64,000 nt of DNA from an uncultured virus (IMG/VR IMGVR_UViG_2690315780_000001) (IMGVR_UViG_2690315780_000001:1-64000); one strand, 5' to 3'. Shown: positions 26,191 through 36,083, numbered from the stretch's first letter. Program-made: numbers and translations. Notes: generated by a model not told the origin, from the sequence alone.

Positions 26191-27935
26191 CTAGTCCTGT
26201 TCTTATATTTACAGAAAATGAACAAATAGGCCGTGTAGCTGGGGTAGATACCAGCCGTGTGGCTATTGATGTCACCAACTCCGAAATGCTGACACGTGTT
26301 GGAATTGGGCAGTTAATAGCAATCAAGGGGGCTACACAGGCCGAATTCCTGATTGGAATGACAGATCGAGTAACTCGGTCATTACGAGAAGAATTACCTG
26401 ATCCAGAAGAGGATGAGTCTGGAATGCTAACCATATCACCGTCTGACTATATGCAGGCCTTTGTCATCGGTACTTATAGGACTGTTGATGGAGATAAAAC
26501 TGATATATTCAAACGAGGAGCCGATAGTTTTCCACAGATCGATCGTGAATGCTTTGTGATAGAAGGAGTTAATCTTCAGCGTTTTATGGGCATACTTGGT
26601 GCTGGTTTACCCGACGAAGAACGCCTTAAACTTGGTACTTTCGTGGCAGATCGAAGTGCTGAGGCGATTGCTAGTGGGGATAGATTTTTCCAGAGGCATG
26701 CGGCCATCCTAGGAAGTACTGGTTCCGGTAAGAGTTGGGCTGTTGCTCTAATATTAGAGCGGGCTGCTAAGCTTAAATATCCTAATATTGTCGTCTTCGA
26801 TATGCATGGTGAGTACGCCACACTGGCTGATAAAGCCAAAGGAGGCTATGCACAACGATTCCGCATCGCGGGACCAGGAGACCTTACTGCACCTCAAGAT
26901 GATGCACTATTTCTGCCATATTGGTTACTAAATCGAGATGAAATGTTGTCGATGATTCTTGACCGTAGCGATCAAAATGCACCAAACCAAGCCTCTCGCT
27001 TCACTCTTCATGTTCGGGATCTCAAAGGCAAAACTCTGGATTCATCTGGTAAGCTAAAAGTCAAAGAGACATTTACTGTAGACTCACCAATACCTTACGC
27101 TATTTCTGATTTAGTTGATCGTTTAACTAAGGATAATATAACGAAAGGTATCGGTAAAACTGGACAGCCTGTAAAAGGGGATTGGGAAGACAAACTGACA
27201 CGTTTTCTTTCAAGGCTGGAAGCAAAGCTTGATGATCGCCGATATGGTTTTATGTTTTCACCTCCACCTGAAGCTCTAGATTACGGATGGCTTGCTAAAC
27301 AAATTATAAAACTACTTCGCGCTGATTCTGGTAACGGTATTAAAATTATTGATTTTTCTGAGGTTCCTGCTGATGTCCTGCCAGTAGTGACAGGAACTTT
27401 AGCCCGTCTACTCTATGATATTCAATTCTGGATGAGCGCAGATTCTCGAACGCCAATCACCTTACTTTGTGATGAAGCACATCTTTATCTTCCTGTAAAA
27501 GATGACGCAGATTCAGTTCAAAGGCAGGCACTATGGTCCTTTGAACGCATTGCAAAAGAGGGTCGTAAATATGGTTTCTCATTATTAGTCGTAAGTCAGA
27601 GGCCGTCAGATGTAAGCCGGACTATCCTTTCCCAATGTAACAACTTCTTAGCTCTCAGGTTAACAAATGATAGCGATCAAAATGTCATCAAGAGGTTGGT
27701 ACCTGATTCCCTCACAGGTCTAACCGCTATGCTTCCACTTTTAGATACAGGTGAGGCCTTGTTACTCGGAGACGCAGTTCTTCTACCAACACGTATTAAA
27801 CTTGATCAACCGCAGGTAAAACCTGACAGTGCCACTCGGGATTTCTGGAAAGAATGGGGTTCTCTTAATCCTGATCTAGATTTATTAGAAATGGCTGTTG
27901 AATGTTTAAGAAGCCAATCAAGAATCAATAAATAA
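26187..27935 (+). CDS. herA: HerA-family ATPase of the Sir2-HerA system
   Basis: HAAILGSTGSGKS, FDMHGEY, DEAH, KEGRKYG, SQRPS; ATGA overlap with the SIR2 gene. Confidence 0.93.
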   Translation: MTSPVLIFTENEQIGRVAGVDTSRVAIDVTNSEMLTRVGIGQLIAIKGATQAEFLIGMTDRVTRSLREELPDPEEDESGMLTISPSDYMQAFVIGTYRTVDGDKTDIFKRGADSFPQIDRECFVIEGVNLQRFMGILGAGLPDEERLKLGTFVADRSAEAIASGDRFFQRHAAILGSTGSGKSWAVALILERAAKLKYPNIVVFDMHGEYATLADKAKGGYAQRFRIAGPGDLTAPQDDALFLPYWLLNRDEMLSMILDRSDQNAPNQASRFTLHVRDLKGKTLDSSGKLKVKETFTVDSPIPYAISDLVDRLTKDNITKGIGKTGQPVKGDWEDKLTRFLSRLEAKLDDRRYGFMFSPPPEALDYGWLAKQIIKLLRADSGNGIKIIDFSEVPADVLPVVTGTLARLLYDIQFWMSADSRTPITLLCDEAHLYLPVKDDADSVQRQALWSFERIAKEGRKYGFSLLVVSQRPSDVSRTILSQCNNFLALRLTNDSDQNVIKRLVPDSLTGLTAMLPLLDTGEALLLGDAVLLPTRIKLDQPQVKPDSATRDFWKEWGSLNPDLDLLEMAVECLRSQSRINK

Positions 27936-27940
27936 TACAG

Positions 27941-27976
27941 TACTCGACGAGAATAAAAATTCGTCGAGTATTTTTT
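27941..27976 (+). terminator. Terminator after herA
   Basis: TACTCGACGA...TCGTCGAGTA followed by a T run. Confidence 0.8.
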
Positions 27977-28239
27977 AAGGTATATTTATTTGGTTCGAGA
28001 AGCACTTTAATTGTCAAAAGTAAATCTGGTAGACCTATCTATGTATCTCGGAAAAACGAACTATTCACTTTAACAGATATACCAATCTCCGCTCCTCGCT
28101 CAAATCAGACTGTAATTTCTAATAATATTCTACCTATGAGCCCCAAGTCTGAGCTAATACAATTTAGAACCTCTGACAAAAAAATTAAGGCTACACATTA
28201 TGCGTAGCCTTAATATCTTATTCACGTTATCTAACTCAA

Positions 28240-28698
28240 TTAGCTTTTATCTTTATTCTCTATCGCTATTGTTTGCCGTTTTTCTTCTTCTGGCAACTCA
28301 TACTCAATAGCAATAGTCAGAAGTCCACTTGATAAATCGGCTTTTTCTATTTTAACATTTTTACCGAGGTCAAATTGCAACGTAAATTGTCCTTGAGATA
28401 TGCCTCGGTGGATCCATTTATCATTGTCTTCTTCTGATTTTTCTTCTTTTTTCCCTTCAATCAATAAACGACTTCCTTTTAATGAAACCGATAAGTCATC
28501 TTCTTGATATCCAGGCACACTTACTGTCAGTTCATAATGGTTATCATCAATCTGTTTCAGGTTATAAGTCTGTACAGGTGATGCAATTGGCTTACTGCCT
28601 GTTAACTGACTAAACAGGCGATCTATCTGATCAAAACGATTTGAAAGTAAGTTGTCAGATAATGTTGGGAATAATGAAAAAGGTTTAATGTTAGGCAT
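28240..28698 (-). CDS. Hsp20/IbpA-like small heat-shock protein
   Basis: YNLKQIDDNHYELTVSVPG; WIHRGI; ADLSSGLLTI. Confidence 0.9.
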   Translation of the reverse strand: MPNIKPFSLFPTLSDNLLSNRFDQIDRLFSQLTGSKPIASPVQTYNLKQIDDNHYELTVSVPGYQEDDLSVSLKGSRLLIEGKKEEKSEEDNDKWIHRGISQGQFTLQFDLGKNVKIEKADLSSGLLTIAIEYELPEEEKRQTIAIENKDKS

Positions 28699-28758
28699 AT
28701 AACTCCTCCTTCAGTATTTAGTGAATTATGGGCGGTATCTTATTTACCCAAAATATAA

Positions 28759-28784
28759 ATATGAACGAGCAAGTATTTTTCAAG
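28759..28784 (-). promoter_or_regulatory. Possible sigma32 promoter of hsp20
   Basis: CTTGAA as -35, followed by an imperfect -10 (TTCATAT). Confidence 0.4.
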
Positions 28785-28834
28785 CCCTAAAATCTAAATT
28801 TTTTATCTTTAACCAATATGAGATTGTAGATAGC

Positions 28835-28860
28835 AAAAAACCCCGCCGAAGCGAGGTTTT
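28835..28860 (-). terminator. Terminator of the csp-ymcF unit
   Basis: AACCTCGC ttcg GCGGGGTT followed by a U-tract on the minus strand. Confidence 0.8.
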
Positions 28861-28881
28861 ATATATTCAACTATTTAATGC

Positions 28882-29022
28882 TTAACTCATTTGAGCTGTC
28901 ATCACACTTTTGCAAAAGATACATTTTGCGCCGTGTGGATTGTTCACTGTGACATCAAATTGTGATGTTCTATATTGTGAACCGCTACAACTTGGGCATT
29001 TAAAATAGAGGCGAATAGTAAT
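28882..29022 (-). CDS. ymcF: YmcF/YnfQ-like cold-shock small protein with ATT start (not in the ORF track)
   Basis: (M)TIRLYFKCPSCSGSQYRTSQFDVTVNNPHGAKCIFCKSVMTAQMS*; two CxxC motifs; starts 7 nt after the csp stop; no N-terminal ATG. Confidence 0.85.
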   Translation of the reverse strand: MTIRLYFKCPSCSGSQYRTSQFDVTVNNPHGAKCIFCKSVMTAQMS

Positions 29023-29029
29023 AGCGCCT

Positions 29030-29242
29030 TTAGAGAGCCACCACGTTGCCTGCTGCGGGGCCTTTCATACCATTTTCCATGGTGAATGAAACTTGTTGGC
29101 CTTCAGCTAATGTTTTGAAGCTATCACTTTGGATTGCAGAGAAATGTACAAAGACATCTTTGCTACCATCAGCTGGAGTAATAAAACCAAAACCTTTACC
29201 TTCATCGAACCATTTTACTGTACCAGTCATTGTATTAGACAT
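29030..29242 (-). CDS. csp: CspA-family cold-shock protein
   Basis: [21 protein letters not shown]. Confidence 0.97.
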   Translation of the reverse strand: MSNTMTGTVKWFDEGKGFGFITPADGSKDVFVHFSAIQSDSFKTLAEGQQVSFTMENGMKGPAAGNVVAL

Positions 29243-29561
29243 AGAATTTCCTTTAATTTATTTAATTTGCCATAAGGCATATGCGGTTTGTTTTGTATTT
29301 TTACTTATGGGAATTAATTAGAAGGAATTCACAATGAAGAGGTATCGAGGATAACGCTAAACGGGAACAACTTTAAACTTACTAACATAAATAGGTCTGT
29401 ACTTCCAAACCAGTGACGCTATTAAGCCATAGAAAAATGCAGATAGCAAACTTTATTTTTTAGCGGTAAGTCAGCTTAAGTAGACCTATAAAAAACACAA
29501 CCCCGTTATACTCACGAGGTTTTTAATTGATAAGAGGTGTAACATCAAAACCATTATTAAC

Positions 29562-29590
29562 ACAATATATTGTGTTTTGTAATTACGCAA
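29562..29590 (-). promoter_or_regulatory. Late promoter pR' (with tR'-like hairpin at about 29498-29524)
   Basis: TTGCGT-N17-TATTGT at the end of Q; downstream AACCTCGT..ACGGGGTT hairpin. Confidence 0.65.
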
Positions 29591-29981
29591 GACTGTAAAT
29601 GTGGTGTTTTCTAATTATTTTATCCATATCTAATTTTACGTTATCAACCGATAAACACCCTTCAATAAATCCTTCCGCTGTCTGTAATCGCTTAGCCACT
29701 TCATTATGCGAAATGCCAAGTTTTGAAGCCATTGAACGCAAAGGATAATTTTTCACATAGTACATAATAACTAACTGAAACAAGTAACTATTATTTACCT
29801 TTAAATGTAATACCGCTTTATTGATTTTTAAGCCATCATCATCTGAACACTGCTCTCGGCTTCGTCTTGAGCTTGGAATTAATCCTTTAAAACCTGCGGC
29901 AATTGATGAGTAATCGATACTATTTCCCTCATTAGCTGACCACGCTCCCCAACGTGATAAAACTTCCTGCATATCTCTCAT
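29583..29981 (-). CDS. Q: Late antiterminator Q
   Basis: MRDMQEVLSRWGAW; CSDDDG; LQTAEGFIEG. Confidence 0.9.
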   Translation of the reverse strand: MRDMQEVLSRWGAWSANEGNSIDYSSIAAGFKGLIPSSRRSREQCSDDDGLKINKAVLHLKVNNSYLFQLVIMYYVKNYPLRSMASKLGISHNEVAKRLQTAEGFIEGCLSVDNVKLDMDKIIRKHHIYSLA

Positions 29982-30008
29982 ACTTAGACTCCCCGTGCCG
30001 TATACACG

Positions 30009-31034
30009 TTAAACCAGTGCCCCCATTCCTAATGAACGGTTTAGAAAAGAAAATAACAATTCGATTTGATTGCCATAAGTGGCTTCCCACAATTTCGGAT
30101 CACGATGTAACTCATCATGATGTTGCCGACATAATGGAATAGTGAATAAGTCATGAGCTTTCGTTCCCATGCCTCCCATACCATGGCCAATGATATGATG
30201 TGGATCATCAGATTGTTGTCCGCAAACACAACAAGGCTGTGTTTTTACCCATTGAAGCCATTGGGTATTCTCCCAACGGCGCATTTTAGGTTTAAGAAGA
30301 AATGAGGCTGGAGGTTCAGGATCGACAGTCACATTAATAACGGGTTTTATGGCATCTAAACGCGCATTCATTGCTGATAGCGCTGTTACTTCATTGGGAA
30401 CAATATCAGCTTCAGGAAAACCGCCATGCACTCTACGATCTTTAGGTTTATCAGACCAATTTAGAATACGACGTAATATAGCATCAGGTAATTCATTAAC
30501 CAGTTTATGCATCACGGCAAAAGCAAAAAAGTCAGGTATCGTCAGCGAATGGCTATCATTTAATCTCAAACGACTGCGAATAGTGTCTATCATCCAAGTA
30601 ATACGATTTTTATACGCTAATTCAGCAACCCACCCCGCCGATGAATTGCGAATATGATTATCATGATACCAACAAGTCCGTATCACACCGTCTTTATGCC
30701 ATGTGGTTGTTAATTCATGATGATGATAACTGTCATGTTCATCGTTGATCTGGCAGCAATGGGTATTTCTGCCTATCCACATATTCATCGATGCCAACCC
30801 TCCCATAGATTGGATCACTTTTTCATTATTCAAAAAATCAACAATGCTCTTGTTATTCAATAATGGCTGTTCGTTCCCTGTTAATGCACCAGAAGGCCAT
30901 TTATCTAAACTCTTTGGTACATCACTAATAATCACGCGAGAATGTTGTTTAAGTTGCTCAAGCAACTCCGCTTCAGGCTTCAATAAAACAACTCCAAGAT
31001 CGGGCTGAATATAGGGTGTTAATAATAATTTCAT
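30009..31034 (-). CDS. DUF968/YdfU-like protein
   Basis: WVKTQPCCVCG..DDPHHIIGHG..KAHDLFTIPLCR. Confidence 0.85.
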   Translation of the reverse strand: MKLLLTPYIQPDLGVVLLKPEAELLEQLKQHSRVIISDVPKSLDKWPSGALTGNEQPLLNNKSIVDFLNNEKVIQSMGGLASMNMWIGRNTHCCQINDEHDSYHHHELTTTWHKDGVIRTCWYHDNHIRNSSAGWVAELAYKNRITWMIDTIRSRLRLNDSHSLTIPDFFAFAVMHKLVNELPDAILRRILNWSDKPKDRRVHGGFPEADIVPNEVTALSAMNARLDAIKPVINVTVDPEPPASFLLKPKMRRWENTQWLQWVKTQPCCVCGQQSDDPHHIIGHGMGGMGTKAHDLFTIPLCRQHHDELHRDPKLWEATYGNQIELLFSFLNRSLGMGALV

Positions 31035-31837
31035 GCACTCACCTGTTTATTCAGCATCACCATACGGATCAATTCATCCGTTTTACTTTCAAAGAAATGG
31101 GGTTGGGTTTCACGAGGATTATTAGGGCTGGTCATATTCTTCCCAAACTGACAGCCCCGTGCAGTCACAGACCAGAACTCTTTCACTTTGTTTGCGGTTT
31201 TCGTACTTGGACGAGATAAACGTTCAACAATGCCGAGATCGGCTAATCGTTTATAAGCTTGCTGGGCTGAAATAGGTAATTGATGTTTTCTAATCAGTGT
31301 TGATAAAGCTACTGTTGGACGACTTGAACCATCCATTGATCCGCTTGGTGCATCAATCGCATACACAGGGGCTAATTCGGGTAAGCCTGCCATGGCTTGT
31401 AATTTTTGATACGCCCCTAATTTCGAAGAGTTTGAGAAATTCAGGCTCTTTGCCATCGATTCAAGCAATATAACCCCTGCTTGAACTTTATCGGCTAACT
31501 TTTCGCCGTGTTGCTGTGTTATCAATGCATCAAAAGTACGGATCACTTTTAAATGAAATGATGGGCTTATCCACATTGCATAGGCATACACTAATTCTTT
31601 GCAAACATACGTTCCTTGGTTAAGCCCACCAACAATGGTCACAATGGGAACCGCTCCTGTGATCTCAGGAGCGGTTGAAATTTCATCAATCAACTCTTTA
31701 GTTTGAGTCAAAGCACTCCAATTCGATGGTTGATGCCGTTTTTCACCACCTGAGACTCGATGAAGGTCATTTAAACAATAGCGCCCCGCGATATCTCGAC
31801 GAATTTGAACACCATCAATAACAATTAGTCCATTCAT
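31031..31837 (-). CDS. KilA-N domain protein (antirepressor/Roi-like)
   Basis: YCLNDLHR; GTYVCKELVYAYAMWISPSFHLKVI. Confidence 0.85.
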   Translation of the reverse strand: MNGLIVIDGVQIRRDIAGRYCLNDLHRVSGGEKRHQPSNWSALTQTKELIDEISTAPEITGAVPIVTIVGGLNQGTYVCKELVYAYAMWISPSFHLKVIRTFDALITQQHGEKLADKVQAGVILLESMAKSLNFSNSSKLGAYQKLQAMAGLPELAPVYAIDAPSGSMDGSSRPTVALSTLIRKHQLPISAQQAYKRLADLGIVERLSRPSTKTANKVKEFWSVTARGCQFGKNMTSPNNPRETQPHFFESKTDELIRMVMLNKQVSA

Positions 31838-31858
31838 GTTATTTTTCTCCATTCTCGC

Positions 31859-32923
31859 TTATAGCAAAACTTCCTGAGCAACTTGTTCCGCGACTTGTTG
31901 CCAAATACCTCGCCACGCAGCTAAACCTGCAACCTCATTCATTCGACCTAGACCATTTTTCTTTGCCTGAATAGCCGCTAATTCTTGGATTTTATTTTTA
32001 GGTTTCCAACCCGTACCCCAGATGAGCCGGAATGTTTCATCACGCTCTACGGAGTCGATGGTGATTTTTTTCTTACCCGCCAAACGTAAGGTTAAATCAT
32101 CCCATTGAGCCCTGAGTGTACGAGGACACTGAACATTCTTTTTCCAAAAATCATCTTGTGTAATTCGTTTATAGAACTGGCAAATTTCTTTGTGAGTATG
32201 CCCATCAATCGTTGTCATTAAGCGAATATCATTAGCCCAATCAGTGAAATTGGGCTCTTTAGGTGCTTTTAATCCCATATCTTGAAACACTTCGCATTTA
32301 CGACTGAATAGCCATTTAGCGCACTTCAAATCGTCAGCAGAGCCCCATTTTTGAAAGTTGGCGCTGTAAATCACAGCTTCAGGATAACGAGTTAAAAAAT
32401 CATTTTTGGGCTGGTCGCTGGATTCGCTAGAATTCTGCGACGAAGAATGATTTATTAATGGATCATATTTTGAAGTTACTGATGGATCGCCCTCAGGAGC
32501 TGGCGGGTCAAAATCCCTATTTTTGCTCGATTCTGAAGGAACAGAATTTGATGCAACAAATTTTGATGGGTCAGATCCTGATGTGTCAGGTTTTGACACG
32601 TCAGATTTTGTTGGTTGAGAAAGCGCTTTCTTTGCTGATTGGTATAGTTTTTCTACATTCAGCTGATAAATATTGCTTGCGTTGCGATTGCCTTTTCTAC
32701 GCTTTTCGCTGGTTAACCACCCTTCTTTTTCCAACTGTTTTATTGCTGTGCGCACCGTGCTTTCACCCGCACCAATTTGACGTGCAATCGTCACAACAGA
32801 AGGCCAACAAATACCTTCATCATTAGAAAAATCAGCTAATCTTGCCATGATAGCGACTGATGTGAGTTTTAAACCTGCATGGGCGCAACCATCCCAAACA
32901 TAACTAGATAATTTAACACTCAT
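31859..32923 (-). CDS. Replication initiator (HTH, O-like)
   Basis: RLADFSNDEGICWPSV HTH; internal repeats; DDFWKKNVQCP. Confidence 0.85.
   Translation of the reverse strand: MSVKLSSYVWDGCAHAGLKLTSVAIMARLADFSNDEGICWPSVVTIARQIGAGESTVRTAIKQLEKEGWLTSEKRRKGNRNASNIYQLNVEKLYQSAKKALSQPTKSDVSKPDTSGSDPSKFVASNSVPSESSKNRDFDPPAPEGDPSVTSKYDPLINHSSSQNSSESSDQPKNDFLTRYPEAVIYSANFQKWGSADDLKCAKWLFSRKCEVFQDMGLKAPKEPNFTDWANDIRLMTTIDGHTHKEICQFYKRITQDDFWKKNVQCPRTLRAQWDDLTLRLAGKKKITIDSVERDETFRLIWGTGWKPKNKIQELAAIQAKKNGLGRMNEVAGLAAWRGIWQQVAEQVAQEVLL
32503..32620. repeat. Imperfect ~15-bp repeats inside the initiator gene: probable iterons (ori)
   Basis: GGGTCAAAATCC, GGGTCAGATCCTGA, TGTCAGGTTTTGA, CGTCAGATTTTG. Confidence 0.55.
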
Positions 32924-32931
32924 AAGAGGCC

Positions 32932-33111
32932 TCACTTAACTCGGGTATATCTCTCTTTAAATCTTTGAACTGGCTCGCATTGTTCGTATTCATAACCATC
33001 AATCATAAAAATAACGCGCTGTTTTTCTCGATCATAACGAATGACATGAACAAGGAGCCCTCGAGGGTTTCTGTAATAGCGATCAAGACGATTGGGATCT
33101 TCATTTCGCAT
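32932..33111 (-). CDS. DUF4222-like small phage protein
   Basis: YRNPRGLLVHVIRYD...RVIF. Confidence 0.7.
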   Translation of the reverse strand: MRNEDPNRLDRYYRNPRGLLVHVIRYDREKQRVIFMIDGYEYEQCEPVQRFKERYTRVK

Positions 33112-33310
33112 TGCATTTTCCTCCACTCAAGAAATAGAAATCAGCCCATGACTTTTTCAGTGTCCTCTTATCTACCAAATCGATATTTTTTCGGTAGTTG
33201 TGTGATCGATTGTCACTCGGTATGCTTTCTACATAGCGAAATGTTCCCTCTTTAGTTAAGGGTAAACAGCGAAATTGCTTTTTAGGTATTAGATGCGCTA
33301 ATCTACTCAT
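33101..33310 (-). CDS. Small phage early protein
   Basis: ORF with GAGAA RBS in the replication operon. Confidence 0.55.
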   Translation of the reverse strand: MSRLAHLIPKKQFRCLPLTKEGTFRYVESIPSDNRSHNYRKNIDLVDKRTLKKSWADFYFLSGGKCNAK

Positions 33311-33372
33311 GCTTATTTCTCTTCACATCATTGAAATTGGCAACCGAAGCCAGAGGCCGTATACCTTTGGCT

Positions 33373-33849
33373 TCACCCTTTCTTAGTCGCTTCCTGTTTT
33401 TCACCGTATAACACTTTCAGTGAATCCAAGAACCCAATTGCATACGCAAAAACTTTCCCTGTTTTTCGATAAATACGCCCTATTTCTTCATCCGTTAAAA
33501 CACCATCAACAAGGCTTTCTTGAATTAAAACGGCGAGTGATCCTTGCATAGCAGCCAATGTCATTCGCATATCAAATAGCTCTACTTGGTCTATCTTTTC
33601 TGCTTCTATTTTCGGTAATGCACTCATGCCATGACGTTCTAGGTGATATTCCACCAGCAACTTAGTGCCCGAAATGTCTTCCATGGCTTCTTGTTCATCG
33701 ATATCAAAGAAACGACAGCCATTTTTTTCGTATAACTTGTTATTAAACGTCTCGAGTGACATACCTAAAGCCCCTGCCATAGCAGAACGTCCACCCGGCA
33801 GTGCTTTGCACATTTCTTTAATAACTTCTTTAATTGAATGTTTGCTCAT
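33373..33849 (-). CDS. YmfL-family (CII-position) regulator
   Basis: PGGRSAMAGALGMS..FNNKLYEKNGCRFF. Confidence 0.85.
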   Translation of the reverse strand: MSKHSIKEVIKEMCKALPGGRSAMAGALGMSLETFNNKLYEKNGCRFFDIDEQEAMEDISGTKLLVEYHLERHGMSALPKIEAEKIDQVELFDMRMTLAAMQGSLAVLIQESLVDGVLTDEEIGRIYRKTGKVFAYAIGFLDSLKVLYGEKQEATKKG

Positions 33850-33886
33850 ATCTACCTGCTCTATCTTTTATTGGTAGTTAATTGCC

Positions 33887-34081
33887 TTATGCTGTTTTGG
33901 TATTTTTTCTATAAAGTTCAGGGTTATATTTAAGTTTTCCCTTGGTGATTTTTTCTATTTCATACGCCCTTACTTTAGGAATGATATATCCCCAACCACA
34001 CACCGAAGGATGTTTAATACCGAGGGCTTTTGCTGTTTTACACGTACCACCAAAAAACGTGATTACATCTTTTTTCTTCAT
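33887..34081 (-). CDS. cro: Cro-like repressor
   Basis: MKKKDVITFFGG..AKALGI..SVCGWG..IP; divergent from cI. Confidence 0.88.
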   Translation of the reverse strand: MKKKDVITFFGGTCKTAKALGIKHPSVCGWGYIIPKVRAYEIEKITKGKLKYNPELYRKNTKTA

Positions 34082-34121
34082 TTGTAATCCTTTGGTAAGT
34101 GAATAATTCACACGCACATAA

Positions 34122-34185
34122 TGTAGGATATCTTACATTTAAATGTCAAGATTCTTACATTTGGAATGTGGTAGGCTTTCCTACA
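34122..34185. promoter_or_regulatory. OR: three 16-bp operators (34122, 34144, 34170)
   Basis: TGTAGGATATCTTACA, TGTCAAGATTCTTACA, GGTAGGCTTTCCTACA. Confidence 0.8.
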
Positions 34186-34832
34186 TGAAAGAAATGAGCG
34201 AACGAATTAAACAAAGACGCCTTGAGCTGAAAATGACACAACAGGCTCTAGCTAAAAAAGCTGGAGTCAATCGTGTGACTGTTACTGGTTGGGAAAAAGG
34301 TGACTATCAACCCAATGGCGCTAATCTTCAAGCATTAGCGAGTGCTCTTGAAACAAGCCCTATTTGGCTTGTTGATGGAAAAGAAGATCCTATTTCTAAT
34401 GTTTCGTTTTTAAAATTTAATAGATCTAGTGGTGAATACCCTTTAATTAGCTGGGTAAGCGCTGGGAATTGGTCTGAGGCCGTAGAGCCATATCATAGAA
34501 AATCAATCGATACATGGTATGAGACAACTGTGCATTGTTCCGAAGAATCATTTTGGCTAGAAGTAAAAGGAGATTCTATGACCTCTCCTTCTGGACTAAG
34601 TATTCCTGAAGGGATGATTATATTAGTAGATCCCGCAGTAGAGGTTGTTAGTGGCAAGCTAGTTGTCGCTAAATTAGAATCTGAAAATGAAGTTACATTT
34701 AAGCAGTACATTGTAGATGCAGGCAACCATTACTTAAAACCATTAAACCCTCAATACCGCTTAATACCAATCAATGGAAATTGTAAAATTGTGGGTGTTG
34801 TTGTGGATGCCAAAATAGCTCATTTACCATAA
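34185..34832 (+). CDS. cI: CI repressor (HTH plus S24 autoprotease)
   Basis: HTH; VSAG cleavage site; GDSM serine; VTFKQ lysine. Confidence 0.95.
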   Translation: MKEMSERIKQRRLELKMTQQALAKKAGVNRVTVTGWEKGDYQPNGANLQALASALETSPIWLVDGKEDPISNVSFLKFNRSSGEYPLISWVSAGNWSEAVEPYHRKSIDTWYETTVHCSEESFWLEVKGDSMTSPSGLSIPEGMIILVDPAVEVVSGKLVVAKLESENEVTFKQYIVDAGNHYLKPLNPQYRLIPINGNCKIVGVVVDAKIAHLP

Positions 34833-34894
34833 TTTCCTATCTCATTGATAAAAGGATCCTCTTCGGAGGATTTTTTATTACCATCATATACCAA

Positions 34895-34975
34895 TGTAAG
34901 ATTTCCTACAAAAACACTTGACACACCAATGTTGGTTATCCTACATTTTAAGTGTGCGGTGTAGGATGAGTTACA
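34895..34975. promoter_or_regulatory. OL: three 16-bp operators (34895, 34930, 34960) around a TTGACA -35
   Basis: TGTAAGATTTCCTACA, TGTTGGTTATCCTACA, TGTAGGATGAGTTACA. Confidence 0.8.
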
Positions 34976-35221
34976 TTATGATTAATATCTAATTCAATTA
35001 TGTGTGTGAAAACACCTTAATAAAAATTTTCATGTGAAGAGAAATAGTTTCTGTCTGTTGGGAAACAGTAGAAACCGCCACAACTTGAGGTAAGCAATAA
35101 TCAAGTTCAATAATTGAAACATAAAAAATAAGCCTTTATTTACCATTAACCAACATCAGGGAAATTTAATCTCGATTAATTCGAGAGGGATCTTTATTAC
35201 TTAAATTATGTGGAGAGAATA

Positions 35222-35746
35222 ATGTCTTATATTGCAACTGCAACTAATAAGCACTTCTATTACTTCGATGTACGGATCGAGGATATAGATATTCAAGACA
35301 TTGCGACGGGTTTAGCTAATGAATGTCGCTTTAATGGGCAGATTGATAATTTCTATTCTGTTGCTCAACACTCGGTATATGTCAGCTATTTAGTTGCACC
35401 TGAATATGCTTTAGAAGCCCTACTTCATGATGCCAGTGAAGCCTATGTCAAAGACCTGCCATCACCGCTTAAAAAGCTATTACCTGAATATAAGGAGATA
35501 GAAAAAAGAATTGATGCTGCTATTCGTCAAAAATATAACTTACCACCCGTTATGTCGGACGCCGTTCATTTAGCCGACTTAATGATGTTAGCAACCGAAA
35601 AGCGAGATTTAGAAATTGATGTGGGTAGCAATTGGCTAATGCTTGAAGGTATTCCTACAAGTGATTTTATTGTTAATCCATTAACTTCACTACAAGCCAA
35701 AGTTTTATTTTTACGTAGATTTAATGAATTAAGTAAAAGGAGCTAA
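35222..35746 (+). CDS. HD-domain YfdR-like deoxynucleotidase
   Basis: CRFNGQ..FYSVAQHS; ALLHDASEAY..DLPSPLK. Confidence 0.88.
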   Translation: MSYIATATNKHFYYFDVRIEDIDIQDIATGLANECRFNGQIDNFYSVAQHSVYVSYLVAPEYALEALLHDASEAYVKDLPSPLKKLLPEYKEIEKRIDAAIRQKYNLPPVMSDAVHLADLMMLATEKRDLEIDVGSNWLMLEGIPTSDFIVNPLTSLQAKVLFLRRFNELSKRS

Positions 35747-35831
35747 ATAAACAGTTCTAAAAAGTTTAAATAAATACCACCAGCATAATTAACGTCTATT
35801 TAAACTGTATACGGCAGTATGGAGAGAAAAT

Positions 35832-36083
35832 ATGTCAAGAATGGTGACTCTTGAAGCGTGGGCAAGGTTGGAATTTGGAGATGCCTCTCCTTGCATGACG
35901 GTATTACAAAAATACGCAAAGAATAACCTTATTGCACCACCTGCAATGAAAGTTGGCCGCAAGTGGATGGTCGATAGAGAAGCTCGTTATGTGGGCTATC
36001 TGTCTCTCCCTCAAATTCCTACTAAATCAACGGAACGACTTAAGAGGATAATTACAGATGGCTGCCCGACCACGAACCCATAA
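35832..36083 (+). CDS. xis: Excisionase
   Basis: VTLEAWA...IAPPAMKVGRKWMV; overlaps int. Confidence 0.88.
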   Translation: MSRMVTLEAWARLEFGDASPCMTVLQKYAKNNLIAPPAMKVGRKWMVDREARYVGYLSLPQIPTKSTERLKRIITDGCPTTNP

